A stretch of 63,022 nucleotides of DNA, the filler included, from an uncultured Methanosarcinales archaeon (lineage in GTDB: Archaea; Nanobdellota; Nanobdellia; Woesearchaeales; CAZPJY01), in the NCBI GenBank assembly GCA_964587045.1. It is 3 parts of 3 records of this genome, joined end to end, with 100 filler letters (N's around TTAATTAATTAA, not from the genome) between each part and the next. Parts side by side here need not be neighbours in the genome. Positions count along the whole stretch, not along the records: positions 1 to 29,493 come from CAZPJY010000023.1; 2 more parts are not named here. The stretch is one strand, 5' to 3'. The first letter of the stretch is position 1; the number at the start of each line of letters is the position of its first letter. The notes under the pieces are model-generated. The model was not told the origin of the DNA. It saw only the letters and a program-made list of their open reading frames with translations, and made no database searches. The translations under genes and the position numbers were made by a program. Of this stretch, positions 1 through 10,414 are shown in pieces.

Positions 1-33
1 TGCCCCGGCTGCGGAGGCTCATGCTACAAATGA
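1..33 (+). CDS. 3' end of upstream Cys-rich ORF ([10 protein letters not shown]), partial
   Basis: Frame 1 is open from the window edge; its TGA overlaps the copA ATG as ATGA at 30-33. Confidence 0.5.
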   Translation, partial: CPGCGGSCYK

Positions 34-2183
34 CCACCACGAATATTTCGGTGACCGGCATGCACTGCGCGAGCTGCGCGACTCTGATAGACAGGACCTT
101 ATCAAAAGCCAAGGGAGTGAAGTCGTCCAACGTCAACCTTTCCACAGAGACAGCTACCGTGACCTATGACGATTCCGTCATCGGGATCAGGGACATCATG
201 GGGCTCATCAGAAAACGCGGCTACGGTGCTTCAGTCAAGGAATCCGATCACCTTGCCAGGCAGAAGGCTGAGACTGCGAGGTTGAAGAAGACGTTCCTCT
301 TCAGCACGATTTTTGCTGTTCCCGCCTTCATAATCGGCATGGTTTTAATGTGGTTTGGGATGACCCTGCCCTACCATGATTATATCCTTTGGCTGCTCGC
401 TACACCTGTCCAGTTCATCGTAGGCTGGCCGTTTTACAAGGGTACTTGGATAGCGCTGAAGAACGGCAGCGCCAGCATGGACTCCCTTGTCGCGTTGGGT
501 ACTTCTGCAGCGTATTTCTACAGCGCATATTCAGTCATATTCGCTCCTGGCACAGGTCAGTATTTCGAGACTTCCGCCATCCTGATTACATTGGTCATAC
601 TTGGCAAGTACTTCGAGGCAAAGGCCAGAGGCAGGACTGGGGAGGCAATAAAGGAACTCATGAGCCTGTCGCCCAGGACCGCTGTTGTCGTAAGAGGCGG
701 CAAAGAGTTGAGGATTCCAATCGATGACGTGTCTGAGGGTGATCTAGTCTTGGTCAAGCCAGGAGAGAAGATTCCTGTTGACGGCGTGTTGGTGAATGGC
801 TCCTCCGCCGTTGACGAGAGCATGATAACCGGTGAGAGCATGCCTGTCGAGAAGGTAAAGGGTGACCAGGTTATAGGAGCGACTGTCAACACGCAAGGTA
901 GCTTCACTTTTAAGGCTACCAGGGTGGGAGAGAAGACGACGCTCTCCCAGATAATCAAGTTGGTTCAGGAGGCGCAGGGGAAGAAGGCGCCTGTTCAGAG
1001 GTTTGCAGATGTCGTATCGTCCTATTTCGTCCCTGCAGTCATGGTCATAGCAATCATCACTTTCATAGTCTGGTACTCAATGAGGGGTATCACTTTCGCC
1101 CTGATAACGGCGGTTGCTGTTCTGGTGATAGCGTGTCCCTGTGCTCTGGGCTTGGCCACTCCAACCGCTATAATGGTCGGCACGGGCAAGGGGGCGCGCA
1201 AGGGAATCCTCATCAAGGGCGGTGATGCCCTGGAGACCGCGCATAAGATAAAGCATCTCGTCTTCGACAAGACAGGAACGATAACTGAAGGCAAGCCAAC
1301 TGTGACCGATGTGATTGCTTTTGGACAGGAGAAAGAGGACCGTGTGCTCCAGATAGCTGCAAGCTTGGAACACGCATCCGAGCATCCCCTGGCTCAGGCG
1401 ATAATGGCCAAGGCAAAGGGAATTGCGCTCTTCTCAGCAAACAGGTTCTCAGCGGTGCCTGGAATGGGAATCAAGGCTGTCGTCAAGGGCAGGACTTACA
1501 TGTTGGGCAACCAGAAGCTTGTCAAGGTGACTCCTGAACAGAGGAGGCGGATCAGCGCTCTCGAAGCCGGGGGAAAGACCGTGATGATTCTGGGCACTGG
1601 GAACAAGGTGCTCGGCGTCATAGCAGTTGCGGATCGCATCAAGGGGTCGTCTCCTGGTGCAGTCAGGAAGCTGCAGGAAATGGGAGTCGAGGTTTACATG
1701 ATCACAGGCGACAACGAGCGCACCGCAAAGGCTGTCGCGGAGCAGGCAGGCATTAAGCACGTGTTCGCTGAGGTGATGCCTGAGGATAAGGCTGACTATG
1801 TGAAGCGCCTCCAGAAGAAGGGACCTGTCGCCATGGTGGGAGACGGGATAAATGATGCCCCTGCCCTAGCCCAGGCTGATATAGGTATCGCTATGGGATC
1901 TGGGACTGATGTCGCCATGGAGACAGGGAATGTTGTTCTGATGAAGAATGATTTGGCGGATGTGCCCAGGGCCGTTATGCTCTCTCGCCGGACCATGAGC
2001 AAGATCAGGCAGAACATGTTCTGGGCTCTTTTCTATAACGTGATGGGAATCCCATTGGCGGCAGGAGTACTGTATCCCCTGACGGGGTGGTTGCTATCGC
2101 CGATAATCGCGGGCGCTGCGATGGCAGCGTCATCAGTTAGCGTGGTCTCAAACTCCCTGCTCTTGAACTATTCTAAACTTTGA
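30..2183 (+). CDS. copA: Cu(+)-translocating P1B-type ATPase
   Basis: HMA motif [41 protein letters not shown] and MAASS in the C-terminal helices. Confidence 0.95.
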   Translation: MTTTNISVTGMHCASCATLIDRTLSKAKGVKSSNVNLSTETATVTYDDSVIGIRDIMGLIRKRGYGASVKESDHLARQKAETARLKKTFLFSTIFAVPAFIIGMVLMWFGMTLPYHDYILWLLATPVQFIVGWPFYKGTWIALKNGSASMDSLVALGTSAAYFYSAYSVIFAPGTGQYFETSAILITLVILGKYFEAKARGRTGEAIKELMSLSPRTAVVVRGGKELRIPIDDVSEGDLVLVKPGEKIPVDGVLVNGSSAVDESMITGESMPVEKVKGDQVIGATVNTQGSFTFKATRVGEKTTLSQIIKLVQEAQGKKAPVQRFADVVSSYFVPAVMVIAIITFIVWYSMRGITFALITAVAVLVIACPCALGLATPTAIMVGTGKGARKGILIKGGDALETAHKIKHLVFDKTGTITEGKPTVTDVIAFGQEKEDRVLQIAASLEHASEHPLAQAIMAKAKGIALFSANRFSAVPGMGIKAVVKGRTYMLGNQKLVKVTPEQRRRISALEAGGKTVMILGTGNKVLGVIAVADRIKGSSPGAVRKLQEMGVEVYMITGDNERTAKAVAEQAGIKHVFAEVMPEDKADYVKRLQKKGPVAMVGDGINDAPALAQADIGIAMGSGTDVAMETGNVVLMKNDLADVPRAVMLSRRTMSKIRQNMFWALFYNVMGIPLAAGVLYPLTGWLLSPIIAGAAMAASSVSVVSNSLLLNYSKL

Positions 2184-2196
2184 GTTAAACATAAAG

Positions 2197-2219
2197 TTTA
2201 TATAATGATAACGATTCTT
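2197..2219 (+). promoter_or_regulatory. TATA box overlapped by a Fur-box-like operator
   Basis: TTTATATA at 2197-2204; TATAATGATAACGATTCTT (2201-2219) matches 14/19 positions of GATAATGATAATCATTATC; ATG at 2228. Confidence 0.6.
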
Positions 2220-2227
2220 TGTTGATA

Positions 2228-2614
2228 ATGGATATTAATAAACCACGTATGACCAATCAGCGTATGCTGATACTCAAGTACATGAGGAGTGTAAACACGC
2301 ATCCGACAGCAGAGGAGGTGTACAAGAACGTGTCAAAGCAGCTGCCTAGGATAACAAGGGCCACTGTCTACAGGAACCTGCATAGCCTGGCCAACCAAGG
2401 ATTGATTTGTAGATTCGAGGTAAACAGGGAATACAGGTTCGACGCGACATGCGAAAACCACCCCCATCTGATTAACACTAACACCGGGGAAATCATGGAT
2501 ATTGATGACAAGGCGATGATGGAATACGTGATGTCCAGGGGCAAGAGGAAGGGTTTCAAGCCCACCCATGCCCATGTGGTGATATACGGAACAAGAGGTG
2601 CGCCAGATGTCTGA
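2228..2614 (+). CDS. Fur-family regulator, PerR-like
   Basis: RMTNQR, HPTAEEVY, ATVYRNL, RFD, HPH; heads a peroxide-defence operon. Confidence 0.88.
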   Translation: MDINKPRMTNQRMLILKYMRSVNTHPTAEEVYKNVSKQLPRITRATVYRNLHSLANQGLICRFEVNREYRFDATCENHPHLINTNTGEIMDIDDKAMMEYVMSRGKRKGFKPTHAHVVIYGTRGAPDV

Positions 2615-2747
2615 AAACCTGAGATTCTACAAGATGATGAGGAAACTCCAAAAGAGGCGTGACACTGTCGTCATGACCCCTGAGCATATCCATTCATTAT
2701 TCCTGACAAGGGTAATGGAGATGTCTCAAAAAACCATAGCAATGTGA
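2607..2747 (+). CDS. 46-aa small protein ([18 protein letters not shown]...TIAM), not in ORF track
   Basis: GAGGTG RBS at 2595-2600; fills the gap between the Fur gene and SOD. Confidence 0.55.
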   Translation: MSENLRFYKMMRKLQKRRDTVVMTPEHIHSLFLTRVMEMSQKTIAM

Positions 2748-2757
2748 GGTGAAACAA

Positions 2758-3372
2758 ATGGTACACACACTACCCAAATTGGGCTACGCATTTGACGCGC
2801 TGGAGCCCTACATAGATGAGAAGACGATGATGATACACCACGGTAAGCATCACCAAGGATACGTCGACAAGCTGAATGCCGCTCTCAAAGGCGAAGAGAA
2901 ACTGGGAGCTCTTCCTGTCGAAGACCTACTCAAGGATTTGGATTCGGTGCCTGAGTCGATACGAACAGCAGTCCGCAACAATGGAGGCGGCCATCTCAAC
3001 CATTCCATGTTTTGGCAGGTCCTCAAGAAGGATTCCGGCTCTCCAGAAGGCAAGCTTGCTGAGGCGATGAACGCGACGTTCGGTAGCTACGACAAGTTCA
3101 AGGACGAGTTCTCCAAGGCAGCGATCGGAAGGTTCGGCAGCGGCTGGGCGTGGCTCGTCGTAAACGAGGAAGGAGCTTTGGAAGTTATGTCGACCGCAAA
3201 CCAAGACAGCCCAGTGATCTACGGCAAGAAGCCGATTCTCGGCCTCGATGTCTGGGAGCATGCATACTACCTGAAATACCAAAACAGGAGGCCTGAGTAC
3301 GTCGAGAACTTTTTCAAGGTCATCAACTGGGAGAAGGTCGGCGATAACTACTCCAAGGCGATTGGCAGGTGA
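2758..3372 (+). CDS. sodA: Fe/Mn superoxide dismutase
   Basis: [31 protein letters not shown]. Confidence 0.96.
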   Translation: MVHTLPKLGYAFDALEPYIDEKTMMIHHGKHHQGYVDKLNAALKGEEKLGALPVEDLLKDLDSVPESIRTAVRNNGGGHLNHSMFWQVLKKDSGSPEGKLAEAMNATFGSYDKFKDEFSKAAIGRFGSGWAWLVVNEEGALEVMSTANQDSPVIYGKKPILGLDVWEHAYYLKYQNRRPEYVENFFKVINWEKVGDNYSKAIGR

Positions 3373-3875
3373 ACAAAATGACGATTAGCAAATCGATGGA
3401 AAGGGCTCTGAACGAGCAGATAAACAAGGAGCTATACTCATCCTACCTGTATCTGCAGATGGCAGCCTATTTCGGTGAGAGGAGTTTCCAAGGATCGGAG
3501 AAGTGGATGCAAAAGCAGGCCAAGGAAGAGGTCTCGCACGCGATGAGGATATACCGCTTCGTCCTTGACAGGGGCGGGAGCGTGAAGCTCACCGACATCA
3601 AGGCGCCAAAGGGTGCGTGGAAGAACCATCTTGAGGCCTTCAATGCATCGCTTGCTCATGAGAGGGCTGTAACGGCCAGCATCCATGGGCTGGTTGATCT
3701 GGCTGCCAAGGAAAAGGACAAGGCAACTGAGGTCATGCTGCAATGGTTCGTGAGCGAACAGGTTGAGGAGGAGGCGTCTGTTACTGAGATTGTCGACCAG
3801 CTCAAGCTCATTGGCAACACGGCGCCATCGCTGCTGATGTTCGACAAGATTCTCGGTAAGAGAGGTGAGAAATGA
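3369..3875 (+). CDS. ftnA: Non-heme ferritin (start may be 3378)
   Basis: [35 protein letters not shown]. Confidence 0.93.
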   Translation: MNKMTISKSMERALNEQINKELYSSYLYLQMAAYFGERSFQGSEKWMQKQAKEEVSHAMRIYRFVLDRGGSVKLTDIKAPKGAWKNHLEAFNASLAHERAVTASIHGLVDLAAKEKDKATEVMLQWFVSEQVEEEASVTEIVDQLKLIGNTAPSLLMFDKILGKRGEK

Positions 3876-4438
3876 TGGTCAGGATAAACGCGCAAGCTCC
3901 TGATTTCACGGCGACCGCATACCAAAATGATGACACCAAGAAGGTAAGCCTGTCGGACTACAAGGGGAAATGGGTGGTGCTGTTCTTCTACCCTAAAGAC
4001 TTCACCTATGTCTGCCCGACTGAGCTCGGGGAGCTGGCTGACCACTACAAGGAGTTAAAAGACCTGAACGTTGAGGTCTTGTCGGTCTCGACTGACACCG
4101 ATGTCGTCCACAAGGCATGGCACGACACGTCTGAGACAATCAAGAAGATACAGTTCCCGATGATTTCCGACCCCACAGGAAGAATATCGAAGGATTACGA
4201 TGTATACATTGAGGATGAGGGCGTCGCTGACAGGGGAACGTTCCTGATTGATCCTGATGGGAAGATCAAAGCCTTCGAAGTCCACGAAGATTCCATAGGA
4301 AGGAGCGCAAAGGAACTGGTCAGGAAGATTAAGGCTGCGCAGTTCGTCAGGAACCATAAAGGACAGGTCTGTCCTGCGAGTTGGGAGGAGGGCTCCAAGA
4401 CCCTCAAGCCCGGACTGGACCTTGTGGGCAAGATCTGA
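3872..4438 (+). CDS. ahpC: 2-Cys peroxiredoxin AhpC
   Basis: FFYPKDFTYVCPTE and C-terminal VCPASW, PGLDLVGKI. Confidence 0.95.
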   Translation: MMVRINAQAPDFTATAYQNDDTKKVSLSDYKGKWVVLFFYPKDFTYVCPTELGELADHYKELKDLNVEVLSVSTDTDVVHKAWHDTSETIKKIQFPMISDPTGRISKDYDVYIEDEGVADRGTFLIDPDGKIKAFEVHEDSIGRSAKELVRKIKAAQFVRNHKGQVCPASWEEGSKTLKPGLDLVGKI

Positions 4439-4490
4439 CCGCAATGATTTTATAGCATCGCTTATGACCAACTAAGTGGGGTGATCTGAA

Positions 4491-4733
4491 ATGGTGAAAG
4501 TAAGAGTTTTTTCAACTCCGACATGTCCATACTGCCACATGGCCAAGGAGTTCCTAAAGGAAAAGAACGTCGAGTTTACGGACATCAATGTTGCGACAGA
4601 CATCGAAGGCCGTAACGAGATGGTGGAAAAGACAGGCCAGATGGGAGTCCCTGTGCTCGAAATCGACGGTAGTTACATAGTCGGATTCGACAAGGAAGCC
4701 ATCGAGAATGCTATCGGAAAGGAAGCGGCTTAG
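4491..4733 (+). CDS. Glutaredoxin-like protein (NrdH/YruB type)
   Basis: CPYC, GQMGVPV, IVGFD. Confidence 0.9.
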   Translation: MVKVRVFSTPTCPYCHMAKEFLKEKNVEFTDINVATDIEGRNEMVEKTGQMGVPVLEIDGSYIVGFDKEAIENAIGKEAA

Positions 4734-5246
4734 GTGATGAAGATGGCGATCGAGATGAAGGAAGCATTGCAGATAGCTCTTGACAATGAGCAGAAAGGCA
4801 AGGCAATTTACTCAGAAACAGCTGAAAAGACATCGCACCCTTTCGTGAAAAAGGCGTTCACATACCTGGCGGATCAGGAGGAGTTCCACATCAAGGAGAT
4901 CAAGAAGTTCATGGCTGAGGAACACCCTGGCATGGAGCTTGGCGGGGACACGTTGGAAGACACCAAGCGCTTCTTCACGATGACAGTCGACGAGTTCAAG
5001 AAAAAGACCGAGCTCGCCAAGAGCGATATCGACGGCTACAACGCAGGCATACACCTGGAGAAGGAGAGCTACAAGTTCTACAAGGACCTTAACGAGAAGG
5101 CGGCCGATGAGCCGACGAGGCGTTTCTTCGCGTTCCTTATGCAGCAGGAGGCTGCGCATCATGTCTTCCTGGAGAAGTCGTTTGAGTTCATACGCGACCC
5201 TGCAGGTTTCCATTCGGAAACAGAGGATTGGATGTTTGAGGGATGA
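4734..5246 (+). CDS. Rubrerythrin/ferritin-like diiron protein
   Basis: Repeated A..xE..Y and E..H motifs (QEEFH, QEAAH). Confidence 0.8.
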   Translation: MMKMAIEMKEALQIALDNEQKGKAIYSETAEKTSHPFVKKAFTYLADQEEFHIKEIKKFMAEEHPGMELGGDTLEDTKRFFTMTVDEFKKKTELAKSDIDGYNAGIHLEKESYKFYKDLNEKAADEPTRRFFAFLMQQEAAHHVFLEKSFEFIRDPAGFHSETEDWMFEG

Positions 5247-5704
5247 ATATGACACAGGCCAAACCGTTTTGCCTTAGGGACCAAGCTGAGAATGAAGTCT
5301 GCCTGAAGGATTTCCTTGGCAAGTGGGTCGTACTGTATTTCTACCCCAAGGACAACACTCCGGGATGCACAATCGAGGCCAAGGACTTCTCAGCTGACTT
5401 CAAGGATTTCGAAAATCTGGATGCTGTCGTAATCGGAGTTTCTGCCGATTCCTGCGACAGCCACAAGAGGTTTGCCGAAAAGCACAACCTCAAGCTGAGG
5501 CTGCTCTCCGACCCGGACAAGCAGGTGCTCAAAGCCTATGGGGCCTGGGGCAAGAAGAAGTTCATGGGCAGGGAGTTCGACGGCATCATCCGAAGTACTT
5601 ATCTGATTGATCCCAAGGGCAACATTGTCAAGCACTGGCCCAAAGTCAGCGTCAAGGGCCACGCTGCCGAGGTCAGGGCTGCCATTGAAGCATCTACCAG
5701 TTGA
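5243..5704 (+). CDS. bcp: Bcp/PrxQ peroxiredoxin
   Basis: LYFYPKDNTPGCTIEA, IIRSTYLIDP. Confidence 0.92.
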   Translation: MNMTQAKPFCLRDQAENEVCLKDFLGKWVVLYFYPKDNTPGCTIEAKDFSADFKDFENLDAVVIGVSADSCDSHKRFAEKHNLKLRLLSDPDKQVLKAYGAWGKKKFMGREFDGIIRSTYLIDPKGNIVKHWPKVSVKGHAAEVRAAIEASTS

Positions 5705-5734
5705 GTCCCTAAAAAAGGCAGGGAACCGGAGGGA

Positions 5735-6985
5735 TCAGGACAGATAATCGCTGATATCCTGTGCAATCTTGGCCAACTGGATCCTCATGGCTCCTCTGGC
5801 CGTGACCCTGAACTTGTTGACACGTTCTGAGCAGTAGCTTGGATCCTTGACCTTGGTGGCTTGATAATCCCGTTCTAGCATCAGGGACATGTCGCAGAAA
5901 TGCTTTTTCATGATGGAATACCCCTCAATGACCATCTTTTTCCTCATTTCAGATGGATAGAGCCTTGATGGTGTCAGGACGAAGAGGCATTTTCCGTCTC
6001 GAGCTAGGGGGGTGGTCCAGTTGGCATTGCTCCAAAGGTACTGCAGATCCATCTCAGTGTTGATGTTGTAGGATTTCTTGAGCTTGATCAGCTGTTCCAA
6101 TGGGTTCGAATGGGAGAATGCTGTTTGCTGCCTTAATGAATAGAGCTTTTTTGGGTCAATGACAAAGGACTTGCCGTGGTACCTGATTGGAATCCTGAAA
6201 TCGAATGGGCGTTTGAACTGCGTCTCGCCTATTGTTCCCCTCACGACATATTTTGCCTTGTTGGCTCCACGTTTTCCGTATATCCCTTTTAGCATATTGG
6301 GGATGGTGTTCCCTTTCCTTATGCGGGCGATCTCCTTGTACAGCCTGCTGAACTTCTTTACCTCAGCATCCTCTGGGGTCAGGCGGTAGGAGGAAATTAT
6401 CGCTCCTGCGGCCTGCAGCTCCTCCATTATCGAATCCATGTTCCTTGGACGCAGCTCCCCGTCGCTCAATGGGGCGATTTCTACGAGCATTGTGGGAAGG
6501 GACAAATTGCCAAGCAGATAGAGGGAGGTGAAATCCATCATGGGCGATATGAGGGTTAGGTCCTTTCCCAACCTGGCCAGGATGTCTCCTCCTGCATCTA
6601 CCCCGACAATCAGCTCATAGCCCTTTGCCTTGGCCAGATTCTCGACCTCTTCGACGAGTCGTTCCGTGCCGAACCTGGTGGAGAGGTTGTAGTAAGAAGA
6701 TATTTCGACATGCTTGACCGCGGCGGGCAGATGGGCATCGATGAAACTCGCCTGGGAAACCTCCTTGGAAGGGATTATCCTCCTTATGTCACCTTCTATC
6801 CTGTTTATCACGCGCTCGTGGCTCTTGCCGTATGAGTGCAGCTTCGCCGGGTTCAGAACGCCAGCTATATCTGTCGCGACGCCCTGGCGCTGCAGATAGG
6901 ATGCGATAAGCACCGCGCTCACGATGTCATTGCCACCCCCAGTGCCGAAGACAAGAGCGCGTCCCACCCCTAAATCTGGGAACAT
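5735..6985 (-). CDS. DUF1152-family protein
   Basis: GTGGGNDI, GVDAGGDIL and DGEL motifs. Confidence 0.7.
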   Translation of the reverse strand: MFPDLGVGRALVFGTGGGNDIVSAVLIASYLQRQGVATDIAGVLNPAKLHSYGKSHERVINRIEGDIRRIIPSKEVSQASFIDAHLPAAVKHVEISSYYNLSTRFGTERLVEEVENLAKAKGYELIVGVDAGGDILARLGKDLTLISPMMDFTSLYLLGNLSLPTMLVEIAPLSDGELRPRNMDSIMEELQAAGAIISSYRLTPEDAEVKKFSRLYKEIARIRKGNTIPNMLKGIYGKRGANKAKYVVRGTIGETQFKRPFDFRIPIRYHGKSFVIDPKKLYSLRQQTAFSHSNPLEQLIKLKKSYNINTEMDLQYLWSNANWTTPLARDGKCLFVLTPSRLYPSEMRKKMVIEGYSIMKKHFCDMSLMLERDYQATKVKDPSYCSERVNKFRVTARGAMRIQLAKIAQDISDYLS

Positions 6986-7031
6986 GTGACCCGCTGGTCT
7001 GTTGTTATATTTAAATATAACCTGCCATTAC

Positions 7032-7397
7032 ATGGTGAGCATGCCAAAAACAGTGGTCTACGCCTTAGTCGTCCTCGGCAAGAGCATAATTCTTGAGCGC
7101 GGGCAGATTCCCAATACTCTTATGGGAGGCGACGAGACGCTCATCAACGCTGCTAAGAGGAAAATTCTGGAACTAACCGGCAAGATGACCTTCCTGTATC
7201 GGGAGCTCGGCTTAAGGACCGATGTCAAGGCGCCAGATCATGACAGGGAGATCCACCAATATGTTTACACGAGGTACAGCGACGAATTGAAGTCCAGTCC
7301 AAGGTTTGAGCTGGTGGGGATACCTGAAGCTGTCGAGAGGCTTGATGGAGAGCAGAGGGAGGCGGCCCAGAGGCTCTCTAGGATTACTACCATGTAG
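7032..7397 (+). CDS. Degenerate NUDIX-like protein
   Basis: P...GGDETLINAAKRKILELTG resembles a Nudix box with acidic residues lost; TATA-like sequence upstream. Confidence 0.5.
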   Translation: MVSMPKTVVYALVVLGKSIILERGQIPNTLMGGDETLINAAKRKILELTGKMTFLYRELGLRTDVKAPDHDREIHQYVYTRYSDELKSSPRFELVGIPEAVERLDGEQREAAQRLSRITTM

Positions 7398-7445
7398 TGG
7401 TAAAATAACGAAACATTTATAAAGTCCGGAGCGATAACACGCAGC

Positions 7446-8660
7446 ATGGGAAAATACTTCAACTCTCTGCTTGTAGGCTTAATGGTTATGGGCTGTGCTT
7501 CCACCAAACAACCCGCTAAAAAGGCTTCAATCCCCGAGATTTTCACGGATTACCAGGACTTTGTGGGATGGGAAGTTCTCAGCGAACAGGCGGATATGAC
7601 AATATCAAAACTGAGAGAGAAATACAACCGGCCTATGAGCCTCTTGCCTGTCGTAAACGACCTGTCGAAATTGGAATCCTTCGAGACGTTCGGCATATAC
7701 GCATCAGATATCTTCTTAGAGTACACGCAGTATAATGACAGCCCAAAAAAGGAGGTTTTGCACATACCAATGCCCGGATTCGATGCCCAGTTCGATTACA
7801 AACTTGACATGGAAATCGATATATCCCAGATGATATCAGATGATGATGGCATGAAAAGGCTCCCCTGCCTTGATGTTATCTTTGAGGTGTCTCCTCTTTT
7901 CAGTCCATCGGTGAAAACTAAGAAAGTCAACGTTGAAGGGGACAGCATCCCAACAGCACTGGTGAAATCCGTAGACAGGCTTCCAGGAGAAACGCTGATA
8001 CAAAGACTCAACCTGATAGACCTGATCCCTAAATACATAAAAGCCGAGCACCTCAAAGACGGACATCTCAGCGTCTCTATGCAGGGCAGCCTGAGTCTGA
8101 ACGAGTACCAAGACCCCGACCCGGAGAGCATCCTTGACATGGCAGCGTATGGCAGCAGGGAAATCCAGCGAAGCGAGTTTACCGACGCGGCAAACACCAT
8201 AAAGGGTGAAATGCAAAACCCTTACGAGATATCAAAGAAGATAGTGGAATTCATAGGCAATAAGATTGAATATGAATCGAAGGAGAACTTCTTCAAACCA
8301 TTCCAGGCCCTGACTGCGGGAAAGGGAGATTGCGACGATTACGCAGAGATCAGCAAGGAACTGCACAAAGCGGCGGGAATACCATCCAAAAGCAGGGCAG
8401 GATATGTCATGAGCCCTGACGGCGAGATCCTCGGTGGCCACAGATGGGTCGAAGTTTTATACCCCGCTGCTGACGGGTTCAGATGGGCCCTGCAGGATCC
8501 CACATGGGCGGATGACGAAATTGACGACACTGAGAAGTACCTGATTTTCAACAGCAAGGACCCAAAAGCAGACAAGCACATGCCGGAAATGTACGTGTTC
8601 CCCAAGCTTACAGGTATGATAGGGATCGTTGAACTCTCCTCGACGTGGAAGCGCAAGTGA
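7446..8660 (+). CDS. Lipoprotein with transglutaminase-like (Cys-His-Asp) domain
   Basis: Lipobox-like VMGC; GDCDDYA, GHRWVEV, QDPTW; TTTATAAA at 7416-7423. Confidence 0.82.
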   Translation: MGKYFNSLLVGLMVMGCASTKQPAKKASIPEIFTDYQDFVGWEVLSEQADMTISKLREKYNRPMSLLPVVNDLSKLESFETFGIYASDIFLEYTQYNDSPKKEVLHIPMPGFDAQFDYKLDMEIDISQMISDDDGMKRLPCLDVIFEVSPLFSPSVKTKKVNVEGDSIPTALVKSVDRLPGETLIQRLNLIDLIPKYIKAEHLKDGHLSVSMQGSLSLNEYQDPDPESILDMAAYGSREIQRSEFTDAANTIKGEMQNPYEISKKIVEFIGNKIEYESKENFFKPFQALTAGKGDCDDYAEISKELHKAAGIPSKSRAGYVMSPDGEILGGHRWVEVLYPAADGFRWALQDPTWADDEIDDTEKYLIFNSKDPKADKHMPEMYVFPKLTGMIGIVELSSTWKRK

Positions 8661-8724
8661 ATAATTCTGAATATTTCCTCACAACACCATAGGGTATAAA
8701 TACAAGTGGGTTATCACAGATACT

Positions 8725-9084
8725 ATGCAAAAAGCAAAACTCATGCTTTTCACAAGTCCGACGTGCCCGCACTGCCACAGCGCCCGCAGGATTACGGGCG
8801 AGCTGGCTTCTGAGAGGAAGGATTTCGACTATGTCGAGCATTCCACAGCCAGCCCTCAGGGCGGCAGGATAGCCAAGCACTTCAACATCATGTCAGTACC
8901 TACGACCATCATCCAGGGTCCGGGATATCTCGAGCCCATAGGCCTTGTCGGGACGCAGACCAAGCAGGTCCTGCACAAGTACCTCGATGTCAGCCTTGGT
9001 CTGCGTGATATCGATGAGAGGACAGGTCTGATGGATAGGTTCCGGGAAGGCATCAAGCTGGGCAAATTACGCCTGAAAATCTGA
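8725..9084 (+). CDS. Thioredoxin/glutaredoxin-family protein
   Basis: FTSPTCPHC, IMSVPT. Confidence 0.85.
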   Translation: MQKAKLMLFTSPTCPHCHSARRITGELASERKDFDYVEHSTASPQGGRIAKHFNIMSVPTTIIQGPGYLEPIGLVGTQTKQVLHKYLDVSLGLRDIDERTGLMDRFREGIKLGKLRLKI

Positions 9085-9086
9085 AA

Positions 9087-9461
9087 ATGGATGTCCCAAA
9101 GGAGCTGAACTATGCTATTGTGGGAGCATCTAATGACACTTCTAAGTACGGCTATATCGTCATGAAGGATTTGATGGAATCAGGATACGACGTCGTACCA
9201 ATCAACCCGAGGGGCGGAAGCATCCTTGGCATGCAGGTTTACACAGCGCTCGAATTCTACGATGGAGACATCGATGTGGTAGTGATCATCGTCCCTCCGG
9301 CCGTAACCGAAAGGATTGTTGAGCAGTGCGCCAAGCTCAAGATCAAGAAGGTATGGATGCAGCCAGGGGCTGAAAGCACGAAGGCGGTCGAATTCTGCGA
9401 GAGGAACGGCATAGAATGCGTTCATGGCAAATGCATCATGGTCGCCCGCAGGACCGGATGA
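9087..9461 (+). CDS. CoA-binding protein (YccU-like)
   Basis: AIVGASNDTSKYG, VPINP, VWMQPG, KCIMV. Confidence 0.9.
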   Translation: MDVPKELNYAIVGASNDTSKYGYIVMKDLMESGYDVVPINPRGGSILGMQVYTALEFYDGDIDVVVIIVPPAVTERIVEQCAKLKIKKVWMQPGAESTKAVEFCERNGIECVHGKCIMVARRTG

Positions 9462-10379
9462 TTACCTGTACCACATCAGGTGGGGTTCCTTTTGGGCCAC
9501 GACCCTCGATGCGACAAAGCTTGCCCAATGGCCGCACTCAACCCAGCTGAACCCCCTCAAGACTCCGTAGAGGAATCCTGCAGCATAGCTGTCACCAGCG
9601 CCATTGGTATTCACGACCTTCGCTGGATAAACTGGAATCACTTCCTCAACCGCCGCATTGCGGCATATTGACCCTTTTGCGCCCATCTTGTATGCAACCA
9701 GCGGGACGTCCACCTCCCACATGGCCCTGCGGTCGCCAATCCCTGTGAATTCCTCACCCTCCTCCTCAGTCATGAACAGCAGGTCAGAGAGCCCTACTGC
9801 CTCTGTTACCTGTTCCCGGTTCCTCCTGATTGCAGCCGGGCTGGCTAGATCGAAGCTCATGAGCAGGCCTTTCCTCTTCGCAACCCTCATGGCCTCGATG
9901 GTGTTGTTGCTAGCGTCGATCTCGTAGGAGGAGGTGTGGAGGATTCTGGGACTCTCAAGCGTTATAGGGTGGATTGTGAACCTGTCAGCGACACCCAAAT
10001 CAGCGTACATGGTCCTCTCGAAATCAGGCGTGACGAATATGACGCTGATGCCGCTGTGCCCCTTCAGGTACTGCACCCAGGTCTCGATGCTCAGGTGCTT
10101 GAGATGGGCCATATATGCATGGCCGTACTCATCATGGGCGAGGGAACCGACGAGCCCGACCTTTTCTCCCATGCTGGCCAGGTTCATCATCGTGTTAGCC
10201 GGCGAGCCTCCAGGGATTACTAAGGCCTTGGACTTTGAGACCAGAAGGTCGATTCCATCACGAGGGACAGAGTTGCTGGGGTTCCACTCCCCCTTGACCA
10301 TCCCTGTTTTGTCCAGCTCTTCATTAGTAACATTGATTATCAGGTCAGTAAGCAGGTTGGATATGCCAAGTATCTCCAT
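9462..10379 (-). CDS. PfkB-family kinase (adenosine kinase-like)
   Basis: PGGSPAN, DEYG, VNTNGAGDSYAAGFLYG; start reassigned to MEILG. Confidence 0.88.
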   Translation of the reverse strand: MEILGISNLLTDLIINVTNEELDKTGMVKGEWNPSNSVPRDGIDLLVSKSKALVIPGGSPANTMMNLASMGEKVGLVGSLAHDEYGHAYMAHLKHLSIETWVQYLKGHSGISVIFVTPDFERTMYADLGVADRFTIHPITLESPRILHTSSYEIDASNNTIEAMRVAKRKGLLMSFDLASPAAIRRNREQVTEAVGLSDLLFMTEEEGEEFTGIGDRRAMWEVDVPLVAYKMGAKGSICRNAAVEEVIPVYPAKVVNTNGAGDSYAAGFLYGVLRGFSWVECGHWASFVASRVVAQKEPHLMWYR

Positions 10380-10414
10380 GTTGGATAGTCGAGAGAGGTA
10401 ACCTATAAACGTTT

